Source: Aquiluna sp. (GTDB taxonomy: Bacteria; Actinomycetota; Actinomycetes; Actinomycetales; Microbacteriaceae). From it: a DNA stretch of 45,257 bases. How positions within the stretch are numbered: the stretch's first letter is position 1; every line of letters starts with the position of its first letter. The DNA is taken from positions 1 through 45,257 of the forward strand of contig JAYORB010000001.1 in assembly GCA_038123155.1 (NCBI GenBank). Direction: 5' to 3'. The translations under genes were made by a program, and so were the position numbers. The notes below the pieces were generated by a model. It was not told where the DNA came from and did no database searches. It saw only the letters and a program-made list of their open reading frames with translations. Positions 19,537-28,959 of this stretch are shown piece after piece.

Positions 19537-20534
19537 GTCGCTACGTAGTCTTAGGTGCTGGGAGCTGGGGCACCACAGTTGCAAAGGTGATTGCGGATGG
19601 CGGTCACGAGGTGACCCTATGGGCAAGAAAGCCAGAGCTTGCAGCGGAGATTGTTGCCACTTCTGAAAACAAACCGTATTTGCCCGGCATCAAGTTGCCT
19701 GAAAACCTTGTGGCAACCTCAGACCTCGAGGCTGCTCTTACAGGCAGCGAGCAAATCTATTTGGCAATCCCATCGCAGTCGCTGCGATCGAACCTGGAAA
19801 ATTGGAAGCCATTGATTCCAAAGGGCGCGACGCTGATAAGCCTTATGAAGGGACTTGAGGCGGAGACGGGCTTGCGAATGAGTGAAGTTATCTCAGAGGT
19901 GCTGGAGATTCCCAGCAGCCAAGTTGCAGTTTTGTCGGGACCAAACCTCGCGCTTGAGATTGCCAGGAAAGAACCTGCCGCAGCTGTGTGCGCTTGCCAA
20001 GACCCAGAGCGAGCAAGCGAGGTGGCAAGGGTTAGCTCCTCGGACTACTTCACCGTATTCACAAACCAAGATGTCATGGGCACGGAGCTTGGTGGCGTAT
20101 TGAAGAATCTAATAGCGGTTGCCATTGGAATTGTGAACGGGCTTGGCTACGGACAAAACACGAAAGCCTCCATAATGACCCGCGGACTTGGAGAGATAAC
20201 TAACTTTGCACTTGAGCACGGCGCTAGGAGGCGCACAATGTTCGGTCTTGCTGGCCTAGGGGACCTCATAGCAACCTCAGAATCCTCGCTTTCACGAAAC
20301 TTCCGCGCAGGAGAGATGCTGGGGCAGGGCATGAGCGGCCCAGAGGTTCTTGAGTCCATGAACCAGGTCGCCGAGGGCCTTGGCTCGCTCCGGCCGGTGC
20401 TGGAGATAGCAGGGCGCCTAGGCATAGAAATGCCGATTGTCTCGCAAGTCGAGGATGTTTATCAGGGCAGAATGAAACCCAGCGAATTTGGCAAGCAGCT
20501 GAATCTTGCCGACGATGTCGAGATGGAGTTCTGA
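19533..20534 (+). CDS. gpsA: NAD(P)H-dependent glycerol-3-phosphate dehydrogenase
   Basis: GAGSWG, LSGPNLA, LKN.IA, GLGDL..T..S..SRN. Confidence 0.95.
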   Translation: MSRYVVLGAGSWGTTVAKVIADGGHEVTLWARKPELAAEIVATSENKPYLPGIKLPENLVATSDLEAALTGSEQIYLAIPSQSLRSNLENWKPLIPKGATLISLMKGLEAETGLRMSEVISEVLEIPSSQVAVLSGPNLALEIARKEPAAAVCACQDPERASEVARVSSSDYFTVFTNQDVMGTELGGVLKNLIAVAIGIVNGLGYGQNTKASIMTRGLGEITNFALEHGARRRTMFGLAGLGDLIATSESSLSRNFRAGEMLGQGMSGPEVLESMNQVAEGLGSLRPVLEIAGRLGIEMPIVSQVEDVYQGRMKPSEFGKQLNLADDVEMEF

Positions 20535-21601
20535 TGCTCAAACTGGCACTTATCTACGGCGGTAAGTCGAGCGAGCACAGCGTGTCCTGCGTCACGGCGC
20601 TCGGTGTTCACGAGGCCATTGATCAGAGTAAATACGAAATTATCCCGGTTGGCATTACCCCGAGCGGGAGATTTGTGCTGGAGCCGGTGAATCCTGAATG
20701 GGAACTCTCCGGCTGGCCAAAGGTTTCCGAGGATTCACCTGAGCTGCTCTTGCCGGTTGGGGGTGGCGAGCTTCGCATGGCCGCCACGGGCATGTCCCTT
20801 GGGAGGATTGACATCGCTTTTCCCGTGCTGCACGGTCTCAACGGTGAAGACGGTTCAATTCAGGGACTTCTCCAACTATGCAAGATTCCTTATGTGGGGA
20901 ATGGAGTCTTGGCGTCTGCTCTCGCTATGAACAAGGCAATTGCCAAGAGCACATTTAGAGACGCCGGGATTCCAGTCGCCAAAGACATGGTGATAACTCG
21001 CTCCGAATGGCAATTGAAGCGAGAGCAGATATTGAAATCTGCCGGAAAGTTTCTAAATCCAAGCTGTTTTGTAAAGCCCTCGAGGTCAGGCTCTTCCGTT
21101 GGAGTCACCAAAGCTCATCACCTCCTGGAGCTTGAAACCGGCATCGAGGAGGCCCTTGGTCACGACAACACCGCTCTGGTTGAGGAGCACGTGATCGGTC
21201 GTGAGATCGAGTGCTCGGTTCTTGAGCACCCGGGCGGCGAGCTGCAAGTGTCGCTCGCGGGAGAGATTGTTGTCGCTGGCGATGGCTTCTATGACTATGA
21301 CAACAAGTATCTAGGCTCGGGCGCTGAGCTGAAAGTTCCTACTGAGCTGACTAAAAAGGAGCTTGTTCAGATGCATGAGCTAGCAATCAAAGCATTCAAA
21401 GCGGCAGGCTGCAGCGGCCTTGCAAGAACCGATTTTTTCTTGACCAAGAAGGGATTGGTGCTAACTGAAATCAATACCCTGCCTGGCTTCACCCCGATTT
21501 CTATGTATCCCGCCCTGTTTGCAGCTTCTGGGGTGAAGTACGCGGACCTGATAGAGACTCTTATCGCTAGAGGCATCGAGCTCGGTTACGAGCCTCGCTA
21601 G
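20534..21601 (+). CDS. ddl: D-alanine--D-alanine ligase
   Basis: GGKSSEH.VS, LHG..GEDG, GSSVG, FYDY..KY, EINTLPGFT. Confidence 0.95.
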   Translation: MLKLALIYGGKSSEHSVSCVTALGVHEAIDQSKYEIIPVGITPSGRFVLEPVNPEWELSGWPKVSEDSPELLLPVGGGELRMAATGMSLGRIDIAFPVLHGLNGEDGSIQGLLQLCKIPYVGNGVLASALAMNKAIAKSTFRDAGIPVAKDMVITRSEWQLKREQILKSAGKFLNPSCFVKPSRSGSSVGVTKAHHLLELETGIEEALGHDNTALVEEHVIGREIECSVLEHPGGELQVSLAGEIVVAGDGFYDYDNKYLGSGAELKVPTELTKKELVQMHELAIKAFKAAGCSGLARTDFFLTKKGLVLTEINTLPGFTPISMYPALFAASGVKYADLIETLIARGIELGYEPR

Positions 21602-22035
21602 GGGGCAGTGCAGGTCTTGGTTGCTGGGAGTTGAGCTACCGCTGCTGAAAGCCCCTCTAGGGAGGTAATGCCAGAGGCATTGTCAGAGTCCACGATCACC
21701 TCTACCGCTGGGTAGCGGGCGTAGCTGATGAATCGGTAGCTGGGTGCTAGAGCGTCGTCGACCAACCAGTCGATGCCTCCTGCGGTGACACACGGGAGCG
21801 GTGAGACCTCAACTGGCTCCAGTCCACATCTCAGCAGCACCGCCGCCGGATCTCCCCACGCGGCAGTTGCTTGGGCATTGGTGTAACGCTCCTCAAGGCC
21901 ACCCAGCTGGGATGGAAGCCGCACCATCACCTCCGCACACGCAGGATCGTTGCTACCCTCTGCAGGCTCTAGATTCACCGTCGAGGCGCAGCCGCTTAGG
22001 GCAAGCAGGACAAACCCAGCGACCAGAATTCTCAT
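21598..22035 (-). CDS. DUF3515-like lipoprotein
   Basis: Lipobox LSGC; AAWGDP...LRCG, CVT..GIDW; typical position between ddl and thiL. Confidence 0.8.
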   Translation of the reverse strand: MRILVAGFVLLALSGCASTVNLEPAEGSNDPACAEVMVRLPSQLGGLEERYTNAQATAAWGDPAAVLLRCGLEPVEVSPLPCVTAGGIDWLVDDALAPSYRFISYARYPAVEVIVDSDNASGITSLEGLSAAVAQLPATKTCTAP

Positions 22036-22058
22036 AAAAATAAGGCTAGCGTTGTCAG

Positions 22059-23054
22059 GTGACCAATAAGGACCCGTTAGTAGTAGAGCTTGGTGAAAAA
22101 GCTGCGCTCGCTTTAGCTGTGAAACACTTCAAGCGGGGGCAGAGCACTCTTGTTGGGTCTGGAGACGATTCGGCAGTCATACGGCTGAGCGGTGCTGAGT
22201 TTGCGGTGACTACAGACACCATGATCGAGGGCCATGACTTCCGGCATGATTTCTCCTCGGGTTTTGACCTCGGATTCAAAGCCGTAGCAAGCAACGTTGC
22301 AGACGTCTATGCCATAGGGGCCAAGCCGGTTGCGTTGGTAGTAGCCATGACGGTCACAGAGAAAACCACAATGGCTTGGTTTGAGGACTTTGCCAGGGGG
22401 CTTCAGACAGGATTGGATGAGCTTGCCCCGGGTGCCGAAATTGTTGGGGGTGACCTTGGGTTTGGCCCGCTAACAATGATTTCTGTTGCCGCCCATGGCG
22501 ATCTCGAGCAGAGAGCGCCAATTCTGCGCTCTGGAGCGAAACCAGGAGACCAGCTGGCGATCTGTGGCACCCTTGGAAAGGCTGCCGCAGGACTCGATCT
22601 TTTGCTCCATCAGGACAGGACTTTAGCCGCCTCCTACCCCGAGCTCGTTTCCGTGCAGCTTCGTCCGACACCGCCTGTCGAAGCCGTGACGGGAGGCTTT
22701 GAGTTTGCCTCGGCGATGCTGGATGTGTCTGACTCTTTAGCCTTAGATGCGAGCAGGCTTTCCGAGGCTTCAGGAGTAAAGCTAGTTATCGAACCGAACC
22801 TGCTTTTGGGCTTCGAGGCAGTCTTGGAGCAGGCGGCTCAGTCGCTCCTGTCGCGAGGGGGAGATGCAAGTCCTCGGGACTGGGTTCTCTTCGGCGGTGA
22901 GGACCACGGCTTTCTAGCTACATTCCCGGGCGGAAAGGTGCCAAAGGGTTTCAAGGTAATTGGGTCGGTTCAACAGGGCTTGGGTGTATTCCTAGGCGAC
23001 GCACCTCTGGAACCTAAAGGCTGGGACTCTGTTAGGCGTGAAGCTCGGAGTTAA
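22059..23054 (+). CDS. thiL: Thiamine-monophosphate kinase
   Basis: GDDSAV, TTD, N.AD..A.GA, GGD, DVSD, GGEDH. Confidence 0.93.
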   Translation: MTNKDPLVVELGEKAALALAVKHFKRGQSTLVGSGDDSAVIRLSGAEFAVTTDTMIEGHDFRHDFSSGFDLGFKAVASNVADVYAIGAKPVALVVAMTVTEKTTMAWFEDFARGLQTGLDELAPGAEIVGGDLGFGPLTMISVAAHGDLEQRAPILRSGAKPGDQLAICGTLGKAAAGLDLLLHQDRTLAASYPELVSVQLRPTPPVEAVTGGFEFASAMLDVSDSLALDASRLSEASGVKLVIEPNLLLGFEAVLEQAAQSLLSRGGDASPRDWVLFGGEDHGFLATFPGGKVPKGFKVIGSVQQGLGVFLGDAPLEPKGWDSVRREARS

Positions 23055-23982
23055 GCTCAACCCCGAGACCCTCGCGGGCAATTGCCTCGACTGCACCAGA
23101 CTGCGAGTTTCGTCTGAAGAGCATGCCGGGCAGGCCGCTTAGCTCGGCTGCCTTGACTACCTGAGTCTTACCATCAACGATCAGCGTAACCTTCGTGCCA
23201 GCGGTCACGTAGAGACCCGCCTCGACCACTGAGTCATCCCCGATTGAGATTCCAATTCCTGAGTTGGCACCCAAGAGAGCTCGCTTTCCAATTGCGACCT
23301 TGTGTTTGCCGCCACCAGAGAGCGTTCCCATGATCGACGCGCCACCACCAATGTCAGAGCCATCGCCAACTACAACACCTTGAGAAATGCGCCCCTCGAC
23401 CATCGAGGAGCCCAAAGTGCCAGCGTTGAAGTTCACGAATCCCTCGTGCATAACCGTCGTGCCAGGTGCAAGGTGAGCTCCGAGCCTCACCCGGTTCGCA
23501 TCCGCAATGCGTACCTTCTCTGGAAGCACGTAGTCAACGAGCCTTGGGAACTTATCTAGGGAGTGGACCTCTACTCCTTGTGCCTTCAGCTCCAGCCTCT
23601 TGCGATGCATTACCTCGGGAAGCATTGGCCCAAAGTTTGTAAAGGCAAGTATTGGTAGGTTTGGGATCAAGCCGTCGAGGTTGACTGAGTTGGGCTGTGC
23701 CTTGAGCATCGAGATCAAATGCAATCTGAGATAGGCATCCTCGGTCGATACAACCGGTTGACTCAGCTCAGCTTCGACCCTCACAACCTCACGAACTACT
23801 TCTCTTAGCTCGTCAGGTTGAGCCGCCAGCTCTAAGTCTTTTGGCGGAAACCACTGGAGGTCGGATTTTGGGGCCTCACCTAGGGAAACCTCTGGGAACC
23901 AAACATCAAGCACCTGGCCCGAAGTGCTCATGGTTGCAAGGCCGTGCCCCCAGGCCCTTTGCTCTAGGTATCCTTCACTCAT
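23032..23982 (-). CDS. dapD: Tetrahydrodipicolinate N-succinyltransferase (actinobacterial type)
   Basis: DAYLRLH, DKFPRL.DYV.P..VRIADA.RVRLGAHL, MVEGRISQG. Confidence 0.95.
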   Translation of the reverse strand: MSEGYLEQRAWGHGLATMSTSGQVLDVWFPEVSLGEAPKSDLQWFPPKDLELAAQPDELREVVREVVRVEAELSQPVVSTEDAYLRLHLISMLKAQPNSVNLDGLIPNLPILAFTNFGPMLPEVMHRKRLELKAQGVEVHSLDKFPRLVDYVLPEKVRIADANRVRLGAHLAPGTTVMHEGFVNFNAGTLGSSMVEGRISQGVVVGDGSDIGGGASIMGTLSGGGKHKVAIGKRALLGANSGIGISIGDDSVVEAGLYVTAGTKVTLIVDGKTQVVKAAELSGLPGMLFRRNSQSGAVEAIAREGLGVELNSELHA

Positions 23983-24012
23983 TCGAACCAGAATACAGGT
24001 AGCCTTTTTGCC

Positions 24013-25083
24013 ATGGCCTCCCTGGATCTCACCAAAAGCCTCGTAGAGCTAACTCTTGATGTTTGCAACATTGAGAGCGTCTCAGGATCCGAACAGGCAC
24101 TTGCCGATGCAGTTTTCAATGCTCTAGATGGTGTGGACCACCTTGAGGTCATTCGAGATGGCAACTGCGTTGTCGCTAGGACCAACAGCGGCCTGGAGCG
24201 CGTGATCATTGCCGGTCACCTTGATACCGTGCCGCCAAACGGAAACCTTCCAGCCGAGCTCCACCATTTTGAGCGTGAACAGACCATTGTCGGTAGGGGC
24301 TCTGTAGACATGAAGGGCGGAGTGGCCGTGATGCTCAAACTCGCATCCGAGATTTCAAGTCCGGTCAAGGACGTCACTTGGATTTTCTACGACAACGAAG
24401 AGGTCTCCAGCGAACTAAATGGTCTGGGGCGGCTTGCGAGGAACCATCCCGAACTGTTTGAGGGCAGCTTTGCGATTCTGTGCGAACCATCTAGTGGGCT
24501 AGTCGAGGGTGGCTGCAATGGCACCATGCGCGTAGTTGTTTCTACCTCTGGTAAGGCCGCCCACTCCGCTAGGCCCTGGATGGGAGAAAACGCAATTCAC
24601 GCTCTTGATGCAGTCCTAGGCAGGCTAAATGCATATGAGCCTCAGAGCGTGGCTGTAGAGGGTTTGGAATACCGCGAGAGCCTAAATGCGGTGAGGATCT
24701 CTGGTGGAGTGGCCGGAAACGTAATCCCGGATAGCGCCAAGGTCGAGGTAAATTACCGCTTCGCACCCTCAAAGAGCGCAGCCGATGCTGAGGCACACCT
24801 GCGCGAGGTTTTCTCAGGGTTTGATCTAGAGGTTGTTGATGTTGCCGAGGGCGCTAAGCCCGGACTGGATTCTGAGCTCGCCAAAGAGTTCTTGAGCGCA
24901 ACGAATACGGTTGCAAGGCCAAAGTATGGCTGGACTGACGTTGCCAGATTCTCCGCGCTTGGGATACCCGCGGTCAACTATGGTCCGGGTGATCCGTCGC
25001 TTGCTCATGCCGACAACGAGAATGTTCCAGTTGGCCACCTTTTTGATGTGGAGAGTGGACTCAGGAGCTGGCTGGCTCGCTAG
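24013..25083 (+). CDS. dapE: Succinyl-diaminopimelate desuccinylase
   Basis: GHLDTVP, DMKGG, NEE, AHSARPW.GENAIH, GWTDVARF, GPGD. Confidence 0.94.
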   Translation: MASLDLTKSLVELTLDVCNIESVSGSEQALADAVFNALDGVDHLEVIRDGNCVVARTNSGLERVIIAGHLDTVPPNGNLPAELHHFEREQTIVGRGSVDMKGGVAVMLKLASEISSPVKDVTWIFYDNEEVSSELNGLGRLARNHPELFEGSFAILCEPSSGLVEGGCNGTMRVVVSTSGKAAHSARPWMGENAIHALDAVLGRLNAYEPQSVAVEGLEYRESLNAVRISGGVAGNVIPDSAKVEVNYRFAPSKSAADAEAHLREVFSGFDLEVVDVAEGAKPGLDSELAKEFLSATNTVARPKYGWTDVARFSALGIPAVNYGPGDPSLAHADNENVPVGHLFDVESGLRSWLAR

Positions 25084-25150
25084 CGGGGTGGCAGAGGGCC
25101 CCTAAATCTGGGATAATTGGCCTTTCCGCAATTTCCAAGGAGTTTTTCTG

Positions 25151-25324
25151 ATGGCAGCAATGAAGCCTCGCACTGGTGATGGACCCATGGAGGCAGAGCG
25201 CGAGCCCCGCGGTTTGATTGTTTTGCGCGTCCCACTTGAGGGTGGTGGCCGTTTGGTTGTTTCCGTGAACGACGATGAGGCGAAGGCCCTGCACAAAGTA
25301 CTCGAAGGGGTAATTAAGAAGTAA
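25151..25324 (+). CDS. DUF3117-family small protein, 57 aa (MAAMKPRTGDGPMEAEREPRGLIVLRVPLEGGGRLVVSVNDDEAKALHKVLEGVIKK); not in the ORF track
   Basis: Hand translation; AAGGAG RBS; MAAMKPRTGDGP...RVPLEGGGRLVV is the recognisable actinobacterial DUF3117 signature. Confidence 0.92.
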   Translation: MAAMKPRTGDGPMEAEREPRGLIVLRVPLEGGGRLVVSVNDDEAKALHKVLEGVIKK

Positions 25325-25951
25325 CTACTTCTTCACCGCGACAAACAACCCATCTCCAACCATGGAGATACTTGCAATGAAGTCTTCGGCATCCGAGAAT
25401 CCGTTGATTGCGCTTCTGAGCGCAACGGTTTCATCTTCTCTCAGCGCTGGATTTGGAACCCTGTCTCGCCAGAGTGCGTGAGCGATAACCAAGACCCCAC
25501 CCGGCTTGAGAAGCAATACCGACTGAGCAAGAAGTGACCCAAGATCATTGGGGTCTAGATCCAGGAAGACTAAGTCGTAGGCGGACTCCGCCATGTTCCC
25601 CATGACCGCATTGGCCCTGCCGGAGATGACTCGAATCCGTGCCGGTGGGATCTGCGCCTTCTTGAAGTTCTCCCTGGCAACGTTTTGATATTCGGGCTCT
25701 TCGTCGATTGTCGTAACTACAGAGTCTTCGCTGGCGCTGAGGAGCCAAAGTGCCGAGACTCCTGCTCCCGTGCCAACCTCAGCGATTGACCTTGCGCGGG
25801 CAATTGCGGCTAAAAGGGCTAATTGATTGCCGGTTGCTGGGGTGACTGACTCAACACCAAGTTCTTCGGCAGTCTTTCGAGCGTCTTGAATATGTTCGGG
25901 CTCTGAGGCGAAGTCTTCTGCGAACTTCCAGCTTGCAATCTTGTCAATCAT
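25325..25951 (-). CDS. O-methyltransferase (Rv1220c-like); start reassigned to ATG 25951
   Basis: EVGTGAGVS SAM motif, YDLVFLD, LKPGG. Confidence 0.85.
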   Translation of the reverse strand: MIDKIASWKFAEDFASEPEHIQDARKTAEELGVESVTPATGNQLALLAAIARARSIAEVGTGAGVSALWLLSASEDSVVTTIDEEPEYQNVARENFKKAQIPPARIRVISGRANAVMGNMAESAYDLVFLDLDPNDLGSLLAQSVLLLKPGGVLVIAHALWRDRVPNPALREDETVALRSAINGFSDAEDFIASISMVGDGLFVAVKK

Positions 25952-26017
25952 CTTGCGCTCAAGCTTAGGTAGCGAGATGGCATTTCCCTCGCATTCATTG
26001 GGGGTAAACTGCAACGC

Positions 26018-26371
26018 ATGTTTGGTCTTAGCGCAGAGAAGCTATTGCTCCTTGCGCTACTCGCAGTGTTGATCATTGGGCCTGAGCGGCTCCCTTACTA
26101 CGCCAAGCAGATGGGCGAATGGGTCAAAAAGGGCAAGCGCATGATTGACAATGCCCAGGAGCAAATGAAGAGCGAGCTGGGCGATGGTTTCGAAGATGTT
26201 GACTGGAAGAAGCTTGACCCAAGGCAGTACGACCCTAGAAGGATTGTGCGTGACGCTCTCCGCGAAGAAAAGCGGAAGCCGAATGCTGCAGAGACCCTCA
26301 ACAGGGCTAAGCCACCACAGAAGCCTCTCGAGCTAGGGGAGACCCCACCTTTCGACCTAGAGTCGACCTAG
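26018..26371 (+). CDS. tatB: Sec-independent translocase subunit TatB
   Basis: N-terminal TM + GPERLP, DWKKLDPRQYDPRRIVRDAL, PPFD.EST. Confidence 0.88.
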   Translation: MFGLSAEKLLLLALLAVLIIGPERLPYYAKQMGEWVKKGKRMIDNAQEQMKSELGDGFEDVDWKKLDPRQYDPRRIVRDALREEKRKPNAAETLNRAKPPQKPLELGETPPFDLEST

Positions 26372-26373
26372 GC

Positions 26374-27849
26374 CTAAATCTTCCCCATCCAGCGGGCGAG
26401 CTTTGTCATAAGTGGCGCCATCTTCTTGTAGTCCCTGGCCCTATTTGGGAGCCCAATAGGTAATTTGTTGGCCACTCCGATTGTTCGATTCTCCGTGAAA
26501 CGTAGTAGGCCATCAGGACCTGAGCGCCTGTTCATACCGGACTGTTTCATGCCACCCATTGGAGCTGCCATGGTTGCCATCGAGGCCCTGTAGCCCTCAT
26601 TGATGTTGACTGAGCCCGCCATGAGCTTAGATGCAACATCCATGGCGGCTTTCTTGTCCCCCACGACCGCTGCATTTAGTCCGTACTCGGTGGCATTCGC
26701 CAGCTCGACAGCCTCGTCGAGGCTGTCATAACCAACAAGGGCGATTACCGGACCGAAGACCTCTTTGTGAAGAACTTCGGCACCGTGGGGAATGTCAGCA
26801 AGCACGGTAGGTGCGTAAAAATTGGGACCAATATCGCTCAGAACTTTTCCGCCGGTGACGAGCCTGGCACCCTCATCGATTGCGCGCTGGACAAAACCAC
26901 TCACTCTTTCGAGCTGAGCCACAGAGCTCAGGGCACCGAGATCGTATTCAAACTCTGAGGAAGAACCGACCTTTAGGGACTCGACACGGTTTTTGAGCTC
27001 GAGCTCGAACGCTGCCATCGCATGATTCGGCACGTAGAGGCGCTCAATTGAGACGCATAGCTGACCGGCGTTGCCAAACGCACTTGCCAGTGCCATCTCT
27101 GCGGCCTCGGCAACGTTGGCGCCAGGCAACACGATCATCGGGTTCTTACCGCCAAGCTCCAGCGAGTAGCCGATAAGCCTGCTCGCAGCTCTTTGGGCGA
27201 CTAGCTTCCCCGTCGCTGTTGAACCCGTGAAAGCGAGGTAGTCGCAGTGGTCAATAAGTGCATTTCCAACTTCACTGGCTTCGCCGTGCACTACCTGCCA
27301 GATGAGTTCCGGCACACCTGCCGAAACAGCAATGTCTCTAGCCATGAGGACCGTCTTCGCAGTTTGGTTGTCGGCCTTCTGCACCACCGCATTGCCCGCC
27401 ATTAGTGCTGGGATCACATCCATCATGGTCAGCGCAAGGGGGTAGTTCCAGGGGGTAACAATTCCCACAGCCCCAACAGGCGCCGGCTCGGTGTAAGCGG
27501 AAATCAGCAGCGGCACACCACCGCGAACCTTCTGCCGCTTCATTAGCTTCGGAGTCACTTTTGCGTAGTAGGAGATTGCGGCCAGCGCTCCAGTGATCTC
27601 CTCAAACGCGTGAGAGCGAGACTTGCCAGTCTCTTTCTGAAGCATGTCCATCAGATCTTCTTGCTTTGCAATCAAAGAATCCACAAGCTGGCTGGCGACG
27701 CGAGCTCTGGCCTTGCTTCCGGCTGCTGCCCAGCCGGGCTGGGCCTCTCTGGCACTTTGAAAACGCAGCGCCAAATCGCTAGCCGAATGGGCTTCGATTT
27801 CGTGGAGCTTATTACCGGTTAGCGGGTCAACAACTTTGATACTGGCCAT
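26374..27849 (-). CDS. Aldehyde dehydrogenase (succinate-semialdehyde dehydrogenase-like)
   Basis: PWNYP, FTGSTATG, LELGGKN, GQLCVS, EVFGP. Confidence 0.9.
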   Translation of the reverse strand: MASIKVVDPLTGNKLHEIEAHSASDLALRFQSAREAQPGWAAAGSKARARVASQLVDSLIAKQEDLMDMLQKETGKSRSHAFEEITGALAAISYYAKVTPKLMKRQKVRGGVPLLISAYTEPAPVGAVGIVTPWNYPLALTMMDVIPALMAGNAVVQKADNQTAKTVLMARDIAVSAGVPELIWQVVHGEASEVGNALIDHCDYLAFTGSTATGKLVAQRAASRLIGYSLELGGKNPMIVLPGANVAEAAEMALASAFGNAGQLCVSIERLYVPNHAMAAFELELKNRVESLKVGSSSEFEYDLGALSSVAQLERVSGFVQRAIDEGARLVTGGKVLSDIGPNFYAPTVLADIPHGAEVLHKEVFGPVIALVGYDSLDEAVELANATEYGLNAAVVGDKKAAMDVASKLMAGSVNINEGYRASMATMAAPMGGMKQSGMNRRSGPDGLLRFTENRTIGVANKLPIGLPNRARDYKKMAPLMTKLARWMGKI

Positions 27850-27855
27850 GGCTAT

Positions 27856-28959
27856 TTAAACGGGATTAATCCCGAGCTTCTTCCCGCTTAGCCCCCGAGG
27901 TATTGCAGCCAGCTTCGTTGCAATTTCCGAGATAGCTAGCGCCGCAGGGTCACCAGGCGAGGATGCCACTATTGGCGAGCCATTATCACTTGCCTCTCGA
28001 AGGCTTTCGCTGATTGGTATTTGCCCTAATAGATCTACTTTTTCGCCAGCTAACTCACTGAGTCTTTTGGTCACTGCCGCTCCACCGCCAGCTCCGAAGA
28101 TGTTGTGCCTTTTGCCGTCTACCTCAAGAAAACTCATGTTTTCGATTACGCCAAGAATGCTCTGTCCAGTTTGGAGTCCGATCGCACCAGAGCGCTCTGC
28201 AACGGTCGCGGCCGCTGCCTGTGGAGTGGTGACGACTATCGACATGGCCCCCGGCAAGAGCTGCCCGAGGCTAATAGCCACATCCCCGGTTCCGGGTGGA
28301 AGATCCACCACTAGGAAATCTAGGTCAGACCAATACACATCGGTCAGGAACTGCTCCACGGCGCGATGTAGCATCGGCCCGCGCCAACCAACGGGTTTGT
28401 TGTCCTCGACAAAGAAGCCAATTGAGATAACCCTGACGTCATGGGCGATGGGCGGCAGCATCAGCTCATCTACCTTTGTGGGACGCGAATCAATGCCCAT
28501 GATGCCGGGTATTGAGTAGCCAAAAATATCCGCATCCAGCAGCCCGACGTTGTGCCCCTGCTTTGCAAGAGCGACCGCGAGGTTCGCAGTGATAGTCGAC
28601 TTTCCGACCCCACCCTTACCGCTACCGACAAAGAGGACTTTTGTTAGAGAACCCTCCTGGGCAAAGGGGTTGTGTCTAATTGGCTTGTCTCCGCGAAGTT
28701 TTTGCTTGAGCTCATCTCGTTCGGATGCACTCATTGTGGTCATTTGAACTTCGACCTGGTCGAACACCGCTGCCAGGGCCTCGTTCACGTCCCGCTCGAT
28801 TGATTGTGCGGCCGGGCAGCCAACAATGGTCAGCTTTATCTCTGCGGTAATTGCTGAGTTGGTCTCTGTGAGCTTTCCGACCATACCCAGCTCTGTTATG
28901 GGTCTTCTGAGTTCAGGGTCGATGACCTTGCTCAGAGCCGCAAGTGCTCTTTTGCTCAT
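27856..28959 (-). CDS. mrp: Mrp/NBP35 Fe-S cluster carrier ATPase
   Basis: DPEL..I..LGMV, GCP, SGKGGVGKST, DLPPGTGD, ENMS. Confidence 0.93.
   Translation of the reverse strand: MSKRALAALSKVIDPELRRPITELGMVGKLTETNSAITAEIKLTIVGCPAAQSIERDVNEALAAVFDQVEVQMTTMSASERDELKQKLRGDKPIRHNPFAQEGSLTKVLFVGSGKGGVGKSTITANLAVALAKQGHNVGLLDADIFGYSIPGIMGIDSRPTKVDELMLPPIAHDVRVISIGFFVEDNKPVGWRGPMLHRAVEQFLTDVYWSDLDFLVVDLPPGTGDVAISLGQLLPGAMSIVVTTPQAAAATVAERSGAIGLQTGQSILGVIENMSFLEVDGKRHNIFGAGGGAAVTKRLSELAGEKVDLLGQIPISESLREASDNGSPIVASSPGDPAALAISEIATKLAAIPRGLSGKKLGINPV

Noticed and set aside
20534-21601. Van-type D-Ala-D-Lac ligase
   Set aside because: The omega loop FYDYDNKY is the D-Ala-D-Ala type; housekeeping context; no vanH/vanX.
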